Shown in pieces: positions 37,981 through 47,747 of a DNA stretch of 64,000 nucleotides. The position numbers were made by a program, and so were the translations under genes. Each line of letters begins with the position of its first letter. The stretch's first letter is position 1. The DNA comes from a virus: the IMG/VR virus record IMGVR_UViG_3300042321_002027, one strand, 5' to 3'. The notes beneath the pieces were generated by a model, which had not been told where the DNA came from, searched no databases, and was given only the letters and a program-made list of their open reading frames with translations.

Positions 37981-38199
37981 GTGATATTGACAGTGAGGTA
38001 TAGGAACTATCTTTATGCAATACGCGATAGGTATGCTAAGTATATGCACATCCCGGAGTACTTTGACTACACTGGCGTCGTGCTTCCTAATCCGAAGTGG
38101 GTTAAGGACGACAGCTTTTGCCTTTCGAGTGGTGACGGGAAACTTGATTTCAGAATTCTTTCAAAAGAAAACGTAATATGTGGTTGGAGACATAACTGA
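37981..38199 (+). CDS. Hypothetical protein
   Basis: ORF with GAGG RBS. Confidence 0.55.
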   Translation: MILTVRYRNYLYAIRDRYAKYMHIPEYFDYTGVVLPNPKWVKDDSFCLSSGDGKLDFRILSKENVICGWRHN

Positions 38200-38367
38200 T
38201 GCCTGGAGTTTATGTTCCGTCAGGAAAACTGACATGGGAAGAGAAGTTGGAGATCCGCAAACATGCGCTAGAGTGTGCGTGTAGGACATATCAAAATAGC
38301 GGAACCATAGCTGAAAATGTAATCAGTCGCGCTCAGTTGTTTGAAGAATATTTGATAGGTAAGAAGC

Positions 38368-38559
38368 ATGACTGAGAACGAGCAGGTAAACAAGCTTATC
38401 GCCGCCTCTAAGGAGATTATCGCAAACGGATGCGGATGCGATCGTTTTTGCGAGAGTGTTCCGGTCTCGATCTCGTGCGGTTGTCAAGACGACGCCGAGC
38501 GTATTGTTAAGCTTACTATAGAAACCCTTTGGAATGGCGGAGATTTGCCTAATGTCTAA
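38368..38559 (+). CDS. Small Cys-rich hypothetical protein
   Basis: GCGCDRFC...SCGC. Confidence 0.5.
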   Translation: MTENEQVNKLIAASKEIIANGCGCDRFCESVPVSISCGCQDDAERIVKLTIETLWNGGDLPNV

Positions 38560-38770
38560 GACTGATGCTCTTATTAAGATAATTGCTCTACTTATCACAC
38601 TGATCCTGCTGTCGTTGCTGCTGTCGTATCCGGTGATGTTGCTCTGGAATAGCTGCCTTGTCCCTGCAATCCCCGCTCTCGCGCCAGTCTCGTGGTTGCA
38701 GATGTTCGGCATTCAGGCGCTGCTGTCTATTCTAATTCCTAGGGCATCCGTTGATAGGAGTTCAAAGTGA
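38552..38770 (+). CDS. Small membrane protein
   Basis: Hydrophobic; YPVMLLWN motif. Confidence 0.6.
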   Translation: MSKTDALIKIIALLITLILLSLLLSYPVMLLWNSCLVPAIPALAPVSWLQMFGIQALLSILIPRASVDRSSK

Positions 38771-39035
38771 AGCTACTCTTCCTTTCGTCACTTCTGGTAG
38801 TTTCTACGCCAGTGACGTTCGCTGCTTTCGTTTTCCTTTCCACCTTCCTATGTACCCACTCACTTCTTAAGGAACTGACCCAATGAATATCTACACTCAA
38901 ATCGCAATCCTCAGTCTCGTCGCTGGCGTGATAGGCTGTGTAATTGCCTTCGTCATTCCGTTTCCCTATGGCATTATACCTTCTATGCTGATCGGTGCGG
39001 CTGTAGGGCATTTCGGATATAATTTCTTTAATAAA

Positions 39036-39113
39036 AGTCGTGACCAAAAGTCGTGACCAACATGCGTGACCTACACACATTACCAACACACATGACCAAC
39101 GCGCGAGACCAAC
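39036..39113 (+). repeat. Tandem degenerate GTGACCAA repeats (6 copies, period about 13 nt)
   Basis: aagtcgtgaccaa aagtcgtgaccaa catgcgtgaccta cacacattaccaa cacacatgaccaa cgcgcgagaccaa. Confidence 0.8.
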
Positions 39114-39329
39114 ATGCCTGCACGAGTAACAGCTACTTCTATCCTATCAGGTAAAACAAGAACAATGGAACTCAAACTGTATGAGCAGGATGAGTTTGAA
39201 CGGCTGATGATTGCATATAAGGAAGGGAAAATAGCATCACTAGAGGAAGCGTTTCCACTACTGTCACCTAAAGCAATTGATTTTATAAAACATGGAGTGA
39301 TGCCTGGAGAATGGGATGACAATATTTGA
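39114..39329 (+). CDS. Hypothetical protein
   Basis: SILSGKTRTMEL...EAFPLLS...FIKHGVMPGEWD, common phage motif. Confidence 0.7.
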   Translation: MPARVTATSILSGKTRTMELKLYEQDEFERLMIAYKEGKIASLEEAFPLLSPKAIDFIKHGVMPGEWDDNI

Positions 39330-39504
39330 TATTATTGCTATAATTTGTTTTGTTTGTTTCGTCGTCGTGGTGGTGCTGGTCGCTGATTGGGCGTGGTGAG
39401 TGGGTTAAAAAGGGAGGGGATTTAAACCCTCTAAAAAGAATGTGGTGTGTGATGTGGTGCGATGCTTTTGCCGCTGCCCGACGATGTGTTGCCATCTGCT
39501 GCGG

Positions 39505-39570
39505 CGATGTAATCCCATCCAATCCCATCGATGTCCGCGATTGGATCCCATCGATGTAATCCCATCCAAA
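39505..39570. repeat. Short ATCCCATC / CGATGTAATCCCATCCAA repeats
   Basis: cgatgtaatcccatccaa occurs twice; atcccatc four times. Confidence 0.7.
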
Positions 39571-39883
39571 TCTCAGTGGCCCATTGAGGCTGAACTTTAC
39601 ATGATAGCCCCAGACCGAATTAAAGGCAAATGATCTTTTCGCTTGCTCTTAATTCGGGTCTGTCGTAAGATTAAGGTAGCGACTTGATTTTTCAGTTATC
39701 GCAGCCCAGAGTTCACCAACACAAACATCTAGGCGCTTGGGGCATCCCCGACCGATTCATTATCTGTTTTACGGTAAGACCGAATTTAAAACAACAACAA
39801 AATTCGCCGGCATCGTTCTGTTTTTTCGCTTGCGTTTAATTCGGGTTTGTCGTAGATTGGGAATATTGATAGGGAGATAACTG

Positions 39884-40087
39884 ATGTTTCTGATTAAGGT
39901 TCAGTATACAGCCTATAAGAATCCGCGTTGGGTACTCGTACATTCGGATTGCCCCGAGTACGTTAAGGCGATTCAAAAGTCCCGTAAGACCGCAACCCAG
40001 TTTCACACAAAGGCAGACGCCGAGCGCGTTGCCAGCCGGATAACTCCCTGGCATTCGCGGAAAGTTGAAGTTGTCGCTTGCGTTTAA
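39884..40087 (+). CDS. Small early hypothetical protein
   Basis: Promoter+GGAG module. Confidence 0.65.
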   Translation: MFLIKVQYTAYKNPRWVLVHSDCPEYVKAIQKSRKTATQFHTKADAERVASRITPWHSRKVEVVACV

Positions 40088-40131
40088 TTCGCTCCTGTGG
40101 TAGTATGAGAATATTGATAAGGAGATAGCTG

Positions 40132-40407
40132 ATGCATCTGATTCCCGTTCTTCGCCTTTCCGCCGCTCGTATCCGCGAGGAACTTTTCACTGGCGGGTTT
40201 CGCCCGATGAAGGGTCATGACTTTGACGGGTTTGCTGACGCTGATCCCGGATCGCTGATTGCTGATCTTTCGGTCGGGCGTTTCCGTTACGTAGTGATTT
40301 TCTCCCCCGAAGCGGGAAACGTTCAGATTTTCGACAACGATATCGAAAACGCTGAGTTCAACGCCTGGGAAATGGATTTGCAAACCGGAGCATTCATTCA
40401 AATTTGA
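40132..40407 (+). CDS. Small early hypothetical protein
   Basis: Promoter+AAGGAG module. Confidence 0.7.
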   Translation: MHLIPVLRLSAARIREELFTGGFRPMKGHDFDGFADADPGSLIADLSVGRFRYVVIFSPEAGNVQIFDNDIENAEFNAWEMDLQTGAFIQI

Positions 40408-40461
40408 GCTTGACGGAAATTCGGTCCTGCCGTAGTATGGGTTCATAACTGGAGGACGGAT

Positions 40462-40629
40462 ATGAACGTAGAGAAAGCGAACCGGATTTTTAACCGAAAG
40501 TTTAGCAAGCTCACCGAGGAGTATTTCGTTTATCAGACGATCACCGAGGACGAGTTCATTCAAAAATGGGATAAACTCAAGGCGAAACTCAACCGACAAA
40601 AGTACACGGCAGCGGGAATCAGGGTTTGA
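40462..40629 (+). CDS. Small early hypothetical protein (55 aa, not in track)
   Basis: MNVEKANRIFNRKFSKLTEEYF...; promoter+GGAGG. Confidence 0.6.
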   Translation: MNVEKANRIFNRKFSKLTEEYFVYQTITEDEFIQKWDKLKAKLNRQKYTAAGIRV

Positions 40630-40680
40630 CTTTAATTCAAACCCGAGGTAGAAACGAGTATTAACTGAAAAGGAAACGAA

Positions 40681-40884
40681 ATGAACGCCATTGAAGCTTT
40701 CGCTCTCGTCGCTCGCGCCCAGTTTGAACCTTTCACCGAAGCCGACTGGGAGGCGTTTTGTGGTTGCGTGACCGAAACGCCCCATATCGCCGAGGTTGAT
40801 GGGTTTACGCTTATTTTGGACGGCGACGTTTTGAGCGTAACCGAATCAGAATTCGGCGAGGAAAACGTTTTTCGCCTAAGATAA
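40681..40884 (+). CDS. Small acidic early protein
   Basis: Promoter+AAGGA module. Confidence 0.65.
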   Translation: MNAIEAFALVARAQFEPFTEADWEAFCGCVTETPHIAEVDGFTLILDGDVLSVTESEFGEENVFRLR

Positions 40885-40942
40885 AACTTGAAATTAAATC
40901 GTTCCGCGAGTAAGATGTCTATATTGATTGAAAGGAAACGAA

Positions 40943-41215
40943 ATGAACTACGCTGAAGCTCTCGTCGTTGCTGATCTCGCTCTCGCCTGTGAACCCGTTG
41001 CTCCTACTGGGGCTGATCTTGAACTGGTGTTCCGGCTGAATCCTGGCCTTGATAAGACTGGGCTTGCTGAAAGCTTTGGCTCTGTCTATGTTGACGGTGA
41101 CGTTCGGGTGATCGTGAGTGATGACGGTCATGGCTACCTCGTTTATAATGATCGCGCTTACTTCATCCCGGCTGAATCCGAAGATGATCTTACTCTCTTG
41201 TCCGCTCCGCTCTGA
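40943..41215 (+). CDS. Small acidic early protein
   Basis: Promoter+AAGGA module, leader shared with 40681 gene. Confidence 0.65.
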   Translation: MNYAEALVVADLALACEPVAPTGADLELVFRLNPGLDKTGLAESFGSVYVDGDVRVIVSDDGHGYLVYNDRAYFIPAESEDDLTLLSAPL

Positions 41216-41275
41216 GATAGTTGTTGAATTAAATTCGTTCCGCGAGTAAGATGTCCTCATAGATAGGAGATGAAT

Positions 41276-41449
41276 ATGCTTTCCACTTCCGAAATGGCTC
41301 ACCTTTACGCTTTCGTCAAGGACTACCTTGAAGGCTCTCAGCGCCCCGATATGTCAGACAGCGACTTCGCTCGTGGCTATAGGAAGGGTTTGGCTTCGCT
41401 CCAGAGCATCCTCGACAATCTGGAAAAGGCATACGAAAAGAAGGCTTGA
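41276..41449 (+). CDS. Small early hypothetical protein (not in track)
   Basis: MLSTSEMAHLYAFVKDYLEG...; promoter+AGGAG. Confidence 0.6.
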   Translation: MLSTSEMAHLYAFVKDYLEGSQRPDMSDSDFARGYRKGLASLQSILDNLEKAYEKKA

Positions 41450-41510
41450 CATTAATTCCCGGATCCCGTATACTCTCTCTGTAAGCTGAAATCACAAAGG
41501 AACTCTGAAT

Positions 41511-41981
41511 ATGGCAAAGGTAACTAAGACGTCTATCACTCTCTCGGTCATGAACGCCCACGGCGACAAGCCCATGGCAGCTGTCGTGGCTCTGATCGTC
41601 AAGGCTCAGCACAAGGCTGGTTTCCTCGACGTAACCGATAAGATCGCAGCTGGTGCGTATCGCTGGGCTGTGAACAAGGGCATGGCTCCTGGTGCTGCTC
41701 CGGTTCGTGGCGCAAAGCCCGAGAAGGCTTCCGCCAAGGAAAAGGCTGTGAAGCGCATGGCCAAGGAAACTGTCGCAAAGGTAGTGAAGCCCGAGGCTCC
41801 GACGAAGTCCGCCGAGGAGATTGATCGGATCAAGGCAGCGAATATGGCACGCATGAAGGCTGTGCTCGCCAAGACGAAGCAGACTGTGCGTAAAGATGAG
41901 GATGTTCCTGCGTTTGCTGAGACCGATGCCTTCGCTGCTCCGGCATTCCTGACGAAGGACGAGGTGACTGCACTGGTCTAA
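41511..41981 (+). CDS. Lys/Ala-rich basic protein
   Basis: Strong TTGACA/TATACT promoter, terminator downstream. Confidence 0.75.
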   Translation: MAKVTKTSITLSVMNAHGDKPMAAVVALIVKAQHKAGFLDVTDKIAAGAYRWAVNKGMAPGAAPVRGAKPEKASAKEKAVKRMAKETVAKVVKPEAPTKSAEEIDRIKAANMARMKAVLAKTKQTVRKDEDVPAFAETDAFAAPAFLTKDEVTALV

Positions 41982-42036
41982 ATACGATCAGTGATTCTAT
42001 TTCAATCACGAATTAATTACAACATAAATTTTCAGC

Positions 42037-42066
42037 AGAGGACCGGGAAACTGGTCCTCTTTTTTG
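42037..42066 (+). terminator. Rho-independent terminator
   Basis: AGAGGACCGG-gaaa-CTGGTCCTCT-TTTTT. Confidence 0.8.
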
Positions 42067-42122
42067 TTGCGTTTAATTCGAACTGGTCGTATCCTGACAG
42101 TATTGAAACAAGGAGATAGCTG

Positions 42123-42338
42123 ATGGTTTACGTGTTGGTGTTGGATGTGCACTACGAAGGTCAGTCGTTGTTGGGTGTGTACTCGTCCCTGGAAGCGGCT
42201 CAGGAAGCTGGTCGTCTTTTCGCGGATGGTCATTCCCATTGGCGCGATGATGCGTGCGTGGCCGTGGAGGCTCGTGAGTTGGACGGTCGCGCTCGGGACG
42301 CCCATCTGTCCGAGTACGTGTGGGAATATCGTCCTTGA
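42123..42338 (+). CDS. Small early hypothetical protein
   Basis: MVYVL...YEG..LLGVYSSLEAA motif. Confidence 0.7.
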   Translation: MVYVLVLDVHYEGQSLLGVYSSLEAAQEAGRLFADGHSHWRDDACVAVEARELDGRARDAHLSEYVWEYRP

Positions 42339-42384
42339 TTTTAAAACGTCCTGAGCGTAAGATGTTTATATGGTTGATATGGAG

Positions 42385-42567
42385 ATGACTATGACGTTCG
42401 ATGAAGCTGTTGAGATCATTAAGGAATACACTGGCTGCGGTAACATGCTGCTGGATGGCCTTGAGCAGATCCAGGAAGAGATGCAGGAGGAAGATGACTT
42501 CCTGCCGCAGCGTGTTAAGGCTGCTTTCCGCTTCATCTGCGCTCAGATGCGTCCCCTGTTCGTCTAA
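42385..42567 (+). CDS. Small early hypothetical protein
   Basis: Promoter+GGAG module. Confidence 0.6.
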   Translation: MTMTFDEAVEIIKEYTGCGNMLLDGLEQIQEEMQEEDDFLPQRVKAAFRFICAQMRPLFV

Positions 42568-42699
42568 TAAGGAGAAACAAATGTGCGGATGGCACATCGT
42601 CTGGTTCTACGCTAAACAATATGGCTATGGTTCGAAAGAACATAGGCTAGCACTCTCTAGATACAAGTAAGTGTTAACATAGACAACGGAGAAAGACCC

Positions 42700-42891
42700 A
42701 TGAAGACCTCTCAGCTGATCGCCCTCCTCCAGAAGTCCCTCAAGCAGGATGGTGATCTTCCTGTGTTCCTCAACACGGGCAACGACGATGACATGTGGAA
42801 GGTCATGGTCGCCGAGTACCACGAGACCGAGGATGGTGAGTTCCCCAAGTCCTGGAGGATGCCCGAGGCGTTCCTGAAACTTTGTGCTTGA
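42700..42891 (+). CDS. Small early hypothetical protein
   Basis: GGAG RBS; MKTSQLIALLQ...GDLPV. Confidence 0.65.
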   Translation: MKTSQLIALLQKSLKQDGDLPVFLNTGNDDDMWKVMVAEYHETEDGEFPKSWRMPEAFLKLCA

Positions 42892-42944
42892 TTTAAATTC
42901 AAGCCCATCGTATCCTCTAGTCATAACTGATGAAGGAAGCACTG

Positions 42945-43127
42945 ATGAACCTCTCTCTCGCTCTTGACTCCGTCCGTTCCAAGTCCGCCTCCGACCTCGC
43001 CCGTTACCGCAACCACATCGAGACTGCCGAACGTCTGTTCCGCATGGGCTTCAAGAACAAGGCTGTTCCTTACCTGACGATGGCCCAGCGTATGGTCGAC
43101 AGTCGTCTCGTCTACTTCGTCAAATAG
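42945..43127 (+). CDS. Small early hypothetical protein
   Basis: Promoter+AAGGA module. Confidence 0.6.
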   Translation: MNLSLALDSVRSKSASDLARYRNHIETAERLFRMGFKNKAVPYLTMAQRMVDSRLVYFVK

Positions 43128-43190
43128 TGCTTGATTTAAATTCAAGTCGACCGTAGTATGAGAACATAACTGATGGAAAGGAACTACTCT

Positions 43191-43433
43191 ATGGCTTCTC
43201 CCGCTCCCCGCACCCTCGTCGAACTCCAAAACGCCATCGCCCTCGCCCGCGAAGCCTACGTGATCCTGGACCAGGAGCTGGTTCGCACCCAGGACGAGGA
43301 CTTCGGTAAGCTTTCGGATCAGGCTTTCGACCTGCTCCAGGCTCTCCGTGCCAAGCTGGATGAGCGCGAGGTAGGCACTGGCTACGGCTGGGTCGTGCCC
43401 CAGACCATCAAGATCTCCAACGTGGAGGCTTGA
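43191..43433 (+). CDS. Small early hypothetical protein
   Basis: Promoter+AAGGA module. Confidence 0.6.
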   Translation: MASPAPRTLVELQNAIALAREAYVILDQELVRTQDEDFGKLSDQAFDLLQALRAKLDEREVGTGYGWVVPQTIKISNVEA

Positions 43434-43529
43434 TCCATGAACACCAACCACCTCATCCTCGCGGCTGCCATCTTCTTTACCATCATGGTGATCGCCCAAG
43501 CTGCTACCACTCTGCTCTAGGAGAGACCA

Positions 43530-43715
43530 ATGTTCAAGTCCTACCGTGATGACCCCGAACGTCGTATCGAACGCATCGTCGAGCTCGAGTATGACCAGCT
43601 GGACCGTCGCCTGACCAACCACGAGATCGACCAGGCTACGTACAACAAGGAAGCGAAGCTCATCGATGAGTGGGCTCGTGAGATGTATGATGAGATGTAC
43701 GATCGATATGAATGA
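43530..43715 (+). CDS. Small acidic hypothetical protein
   Basis: AGGAG RBS. Confidence 0.6.
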   Translation: MFKSYRDDPERRIERIVELEYDQLDRRLTNHEIDQATYNKEAKLIDEWAREMYDEMYDRYE

Positions 43716-44200
43716 GGTGTATTCTAATGGCAACGCGATATTACGTCAATGGCGAGGATGAGCCCATCTGGTGCATCACTGCGATGACAAAGGGTGGAGC
43801 ATGGGTGCTCGCAAAGCAGTATGTGAAGATGGGCTCGAAGCTCGTCGAGGAGCCCATGGAGCGCGATGACTCCGTGTGGGTCGTCATGGTCACGAATCCG
43901 TTCCTGGATGCTGCATCTTCCTCCTGACAATGTCGGGGAGGGGGGATGTTGTAGCATTCGGGACTCCTCAGTTCCTCCGGGACCTGAGTAAGGATCGTTC
44001 GACTTGTTTATTCCACACCAGCGACGAGCACCGACAAACACCAAAACTCCAGTAGCTTTTCATCAACTTTTTATAAAAAAAATCCGCGAAAAATTTTTCT
44101 GATTCTCTAACTTCAATGTATGAGTATTTTGAAGAAATACCTTGACAATAATTCGTAACATTGGTATAATCACTAGTGTACCCATGATGATAAGGATAGA

Positions 44201-46164
44201 TTGATGACTAATGAGTTTGATCATGTAGACTTGAACGAGTTTACTGTGAACGACTTTACTCATGAGTTTTACTTGGATCTACACAGTTTGGTAGGTGTTG
44301 ATGCAGTTACAGAGTTTGGATTACTCTTGAAGGAAAAGAAACCAAGCTTGTACTTTGAGTATCTGGTCAGGTTACAGGAATACTATTGGAGAGTGAGAGA
44401 TGAGACCACAGTATAAGATTGTTAAGAAGATGGGCGTGCATGTTATGCGATACTATGCATACAAGCGATGGTTGGGAGTGTTTTGGCGATCTCTTGGTTG
44501 GGAATTTGAGCTTGAAGGAGCAGAGAAGCTGATTCGTGAAGATCGCGATGAGGTAGCCAAGAGAAAGATCAAGCCTGAGATCGTAGGGTATTACTGATGA
44601 CCGAGTATAAGAAGATACGTGAAGATATCTATGAAAAGCACAGTAAGTCATTTGAGAAGTTGCATATGAGTGAGATTAAAGAACAACTCTATAAAGATAC
44701 AGATGTAAGGGTTATTGATCAGCGTATTGGTGTGGGTATTGGTGGATTGAATACTGTTATTCGTTTGTATCATAAGCCCACTGGTATTCTTATTGAGATG
44801 CCAAGGGTAAATAGAAGTAAATATCATGATAAGGTATTGGCATTTGAGATGCTTGAATATGCACTGACAGGAGTGAAGTGATGAGTGATATTGTAGAACG
44901 ATTGAGGCAGTTAGAAGTTAATGAGCTTTCTACTCATCCTCTTGGGATGTTAGATGAAGCCGCTAATGAGATTGAGCAGAACCGTATCGATCTTGAGGAA
45001 TACAGGCTTGACGTTGAGCAGCTGCGGGCGGTAGTAGAAGCTGCTGATAAATTGCGAAACGGTATTCGTGCTGCGGGTGTGAAAAGAATGCCTGAACTTT
45101 ACTTGGTGGTTATGGCCTTTGATGCCGCCCGTGCTGCACTGTCAGGAGACAAGCAATGAGTGAGATTATCTATAAGTATGGACCGTTAAGCACGAATGGC
45201 GAAACTATAGAATTCAATGGCACTCCTGTCCATGTTGGTTATCAAGATCGCGGCTTTGCCCATGCTGATTATGCAGTTTTTATCTGGTGTAAGCTAGATA
45301 TGAATTATCCCATTCATACCAGGAAGTATGCTCGTATCGTACCGACCGGAGAGTCGTTTAACGGTAAGTATATCGGTACAGTCGTGATGCCTTCTGGTCT
45401 GGTTTGGCATGTGGTGGAGGTGTAAATGTTAGTAGGTGAACCCTGTGTGGGGATAGTCTATAAGAAGAAAGATGGTAGTACGTTTACCGAGTGGTACCAC
45501 AATCTTCGTATCGGGTGGCATACTCCGCCCGAGATTTGGGTAGAGCGGGCATTGTATTTCTCTAAAGTTTCACCTATTAACATGTGGCCCAAGCCTATGG
45601 CTGTTGTGAGGAGTAAGTGATGGAACCTCTGGCGTATAGACCATTGTATAATCAATATAGGACTATTGGTGCGATTATTGAACAAAACGATATCTATAAG
45701 ATGACAGAACAAGAGTGGCAAACTCGGTGTATGATCCATTCTAATGGTAACATGCATCCCATTCAGGCTTTGGATATTTTTCGACAGTTAAAGAGAGAGG
45801 CGGGACTATGAGCGAAGAAGTTAAGAAGGCGTTTTGGGATCATCAGGAAGAGTTCATTCAGAAGATGCAAGAGATCTCCGAAAAGTACGAAGCCGACTGT
45901 AACGAGTATTGGGATAAGCTCTCTTACGAAGATAAGATGAAGGCATTCTACTCTGTCAGTAAGCGTATCTATCAGGCAGATGTAAAAGATCAAGGCTCTT
46001 ATCGTCATGCTCTCTATCAGGTGTTCGGTTTTGATGCAGATGCCTACGTAGTCGGTATGGAGTGTGGGTACATGGATATCCATAACTACATACAAGAAGG
46101 TATCGCATCACATAAAGAATACGTAGAAAGAACCAAGAATGAGCATATGTCAGAAGATCTGTAA
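44201..46164 (+). CDS. Run of eight small coupled hypothetical ORFs (44201-44416, 44400-44597, 44597-44881, 44878-45159, 45156-45425, 45426-45620, 45617-45811, 45808-46164)
   Basis: Overlapping start/stop codons downstream of the TTGACA-N17-TATAAT promoter at 44142. Confidence 0.65.
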
Positions 46165-46360
46165 GGTAGACGATAGTAACACCTTTTGTGTTGGGTGTGG
46201 TAGAACACTAATTGAAATAACAGAATGGTTTACAGCCGATAAAGAGCGGAAGATTGAAATCGCTGCTTTTGCTCGTAAGAGAACTAAGAAGCTAAAAGAA
46301 GATCCGTTCCCGACTGTTATGGAACTGGACTACCATTATAGAGATTATGACAATGATTGA
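46139..46360 (+). CDS. DUF1289-like Cys-rich protein
   Basis: SICQKICKVD....CVGCGRTLIEITEW. Confidence 0.75.
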   Translation: MSICQKICKVDDSNTFCVGCGRTLIEITEWFTADKERKIEIAAFARKRTKKLKEDPFPTVMELDYHYRDYDND

Positions 46361-46730
46361 TTGTATTGCAATCGGTGATAGTATCGCAGTAGGAACTGGT
46401 AAGGCTCTCAGCTGTGAAGTTCGCGCCCATGTAGGCTGGCCGAGTGGTAAAATCATTAACCTTGCGAATGGAGCAAAAGCAGAACTTTGCATCATCTCTG
46501 CAGGATCTAATGACCCTAACAACCCCAAACTTCTTCTTAATCTTAAGACGATTCGTGGTAAGATTGACTGTGTTAAGGTTGTCTGGATCCTTCCTGTTAA
46601 TCCAAAAGCCTCTTCTGCTGTAAGAAAGGCTGCAGCAGGAGATAAGGTTGTTAGCTTTACTCCAGGAAAAGATAACGTGCATCCAAAAAATTATAACGTT
46701 CTTGCCAAAAAGTGCTTGTCTTTAAATTAA
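46347..46730 (+). CDS. SGNH/GDSL-like hydrolase
   Basis: IGDSIA, SAGSND, DNVHP. Confidence 0.75.
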   Translation: MTMIDCIAIGDSIAVGTGKALSCEVRAHVGWPSGKIINLANGAKAELCIISAGSNDPNNPKLLLNLKTIRGKIDCVKVVWILPVNPKASSAVRKAAAGDKVVSFTPGKDNVHPKNYNVLAKKCLSLN

Positions 46731-46787
46731 AACAAGAGTATTATTCTATCTGTAAGTTGAAACAAACCCTCTAGGAGAAAATAGATT

Positions 46788-47747
46788 ATGGCTCACGAAA
46801 TTGAAATGGTTGGCGATGTTGCTCAGATGGCTTATGCTGGCAGTGTCCCTTGGCACGGTCTGGGAACTCGCGTCCCGGCAGATCTTACTCCGGAACAGAT
46901 GCTCGAGGCTGCTGGTCTCGACTGGACCGTAGAAAAGGTTCCTGCATACTACACTCACAACGACGAACTCTATCAGATCGGTCAGTCGGCTCTCATCCGC
47001 TCGCGCGATGGTAAGATGCTGGATGCAGTTTCTGATGACTGGAATCCTGTTCAGAACCACACTGCCTTCGAATTCTTTGATGAATACGTTCGTCAGGGTG
47101 ACATGGAAATGCACACCGCTGGTTCGCTGAAGGGTGGACAGATCGTTTGGGGTCTTGCTAAGATCAAGCAGTCTTTCGAACTGTTCAAGGGCGATCAGAT
47201 CGACTCTTATTTGCTCTTCTCTAACTTCCACAAGTACGGTTTCTCTACCGACGTACGCTTCACTCCGATCCGTGTTGTTTGTAATAACACTTTGACTCTT
47301 TCTCTCTCGAGCAAGGTCGAACGTATGGTGAAGATCTCGCACCGCAAGCAGTTCAATCCTGGCAATGTCAAGGAAATGCTCGGTATCGCCACTGACAAGC
47401 TGACCAAGTACAAGGAAATGGCTTCTTTCCTCGGCTCCAAGATGGCCAAGGGCGAAGATATCGTCGAGTACTTCAAGCGTGTGTTCCCTGTGACTGGCTC
47501 TAACGAGAACAAGACCAAGGAAATCTCCAAGAATGCTCAGACTGCTCTTGACATTCTTCATACTCAGCCTGGAGCTCAGTACGCCGAAGGCACTTGGTGG
47601 CAGCCGTTCAACGCTGTGACCTACATGACCGATCACCTTGTAGGTCGTACGGCAGACACTCGCCTTACTTCTTCTTGGTACGGCTCTAACAAGAGCCTCA
47701 AGACTAAGGCTCTTGAACTGGCAGTTGAAATGGCGGAGGCTGCGTAA
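46788..47747 (+). CDS. DUF932-family protein
   Basis: MAY..SVPWHGLG, AGLDWTV, PVQN..AFEFF, TAGSLKGG, TPIRVVCNNTL. Confidence 0.9.
   Translation: MAHEIEMVGDVAQMAYAGSVPWHGLGTRVPADLTPEQMLEAAGLDWTVEKVPAYYTHNDELYQIGQSALIRSRDGKMLDAVSDDWNPVQNHTAFEFFDEYVRQGDMEMHTAGSLKGGQIVWGLAKIKQSFELFKGDQIDSYLLFSNFHKYGFSTDVRFTPIRVVCNNTLTLSLSSKVERMVKISHRKQFNPGNVKEMLGIATDKLTKYKEMASFLGSKMAKGEDIVEYFKRVFPVTGSNENKTKEISKNAQTALDILHTQPGAQYAEGTWWQPFNAVTYMTDHLVGRTADTRLTSSWYGSNKSLKTKALELAVEMAEAA

Larger units (their letters stand above)
32759..44170. repeat. Dispersed family of about 24 phage early promoters: TTGnnn-ttaattcg-N9-TAnnnT
   Basis: Plus-strand -35 at 34505, 34860, 35092, 35387, 36803, 37324, 39643, 39830, 40078, 40410, 40626, 40888, 41224, 41446, 42067, 42335, 42888, 43131, 44142; minus-strand at 32787, 33336, 34490, 39629, 39794; spacer 17 (16 at 33336). 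Confidence 0.85.

Noticed and set aside
39036-39113. Mini-CRISPR array
   Set aside because: The period is only about 13 nt and there are no unique spacers.
32759-44170. Recurrent ~30-bp motif read as a CRISPR array or integron attC sites
   Set aside because: Copies are degenerate, non-palindromic and irregularly spaced, are separated by whole genes, and fit -35/-10 geometry. No cas or integrase gene is present in the window.
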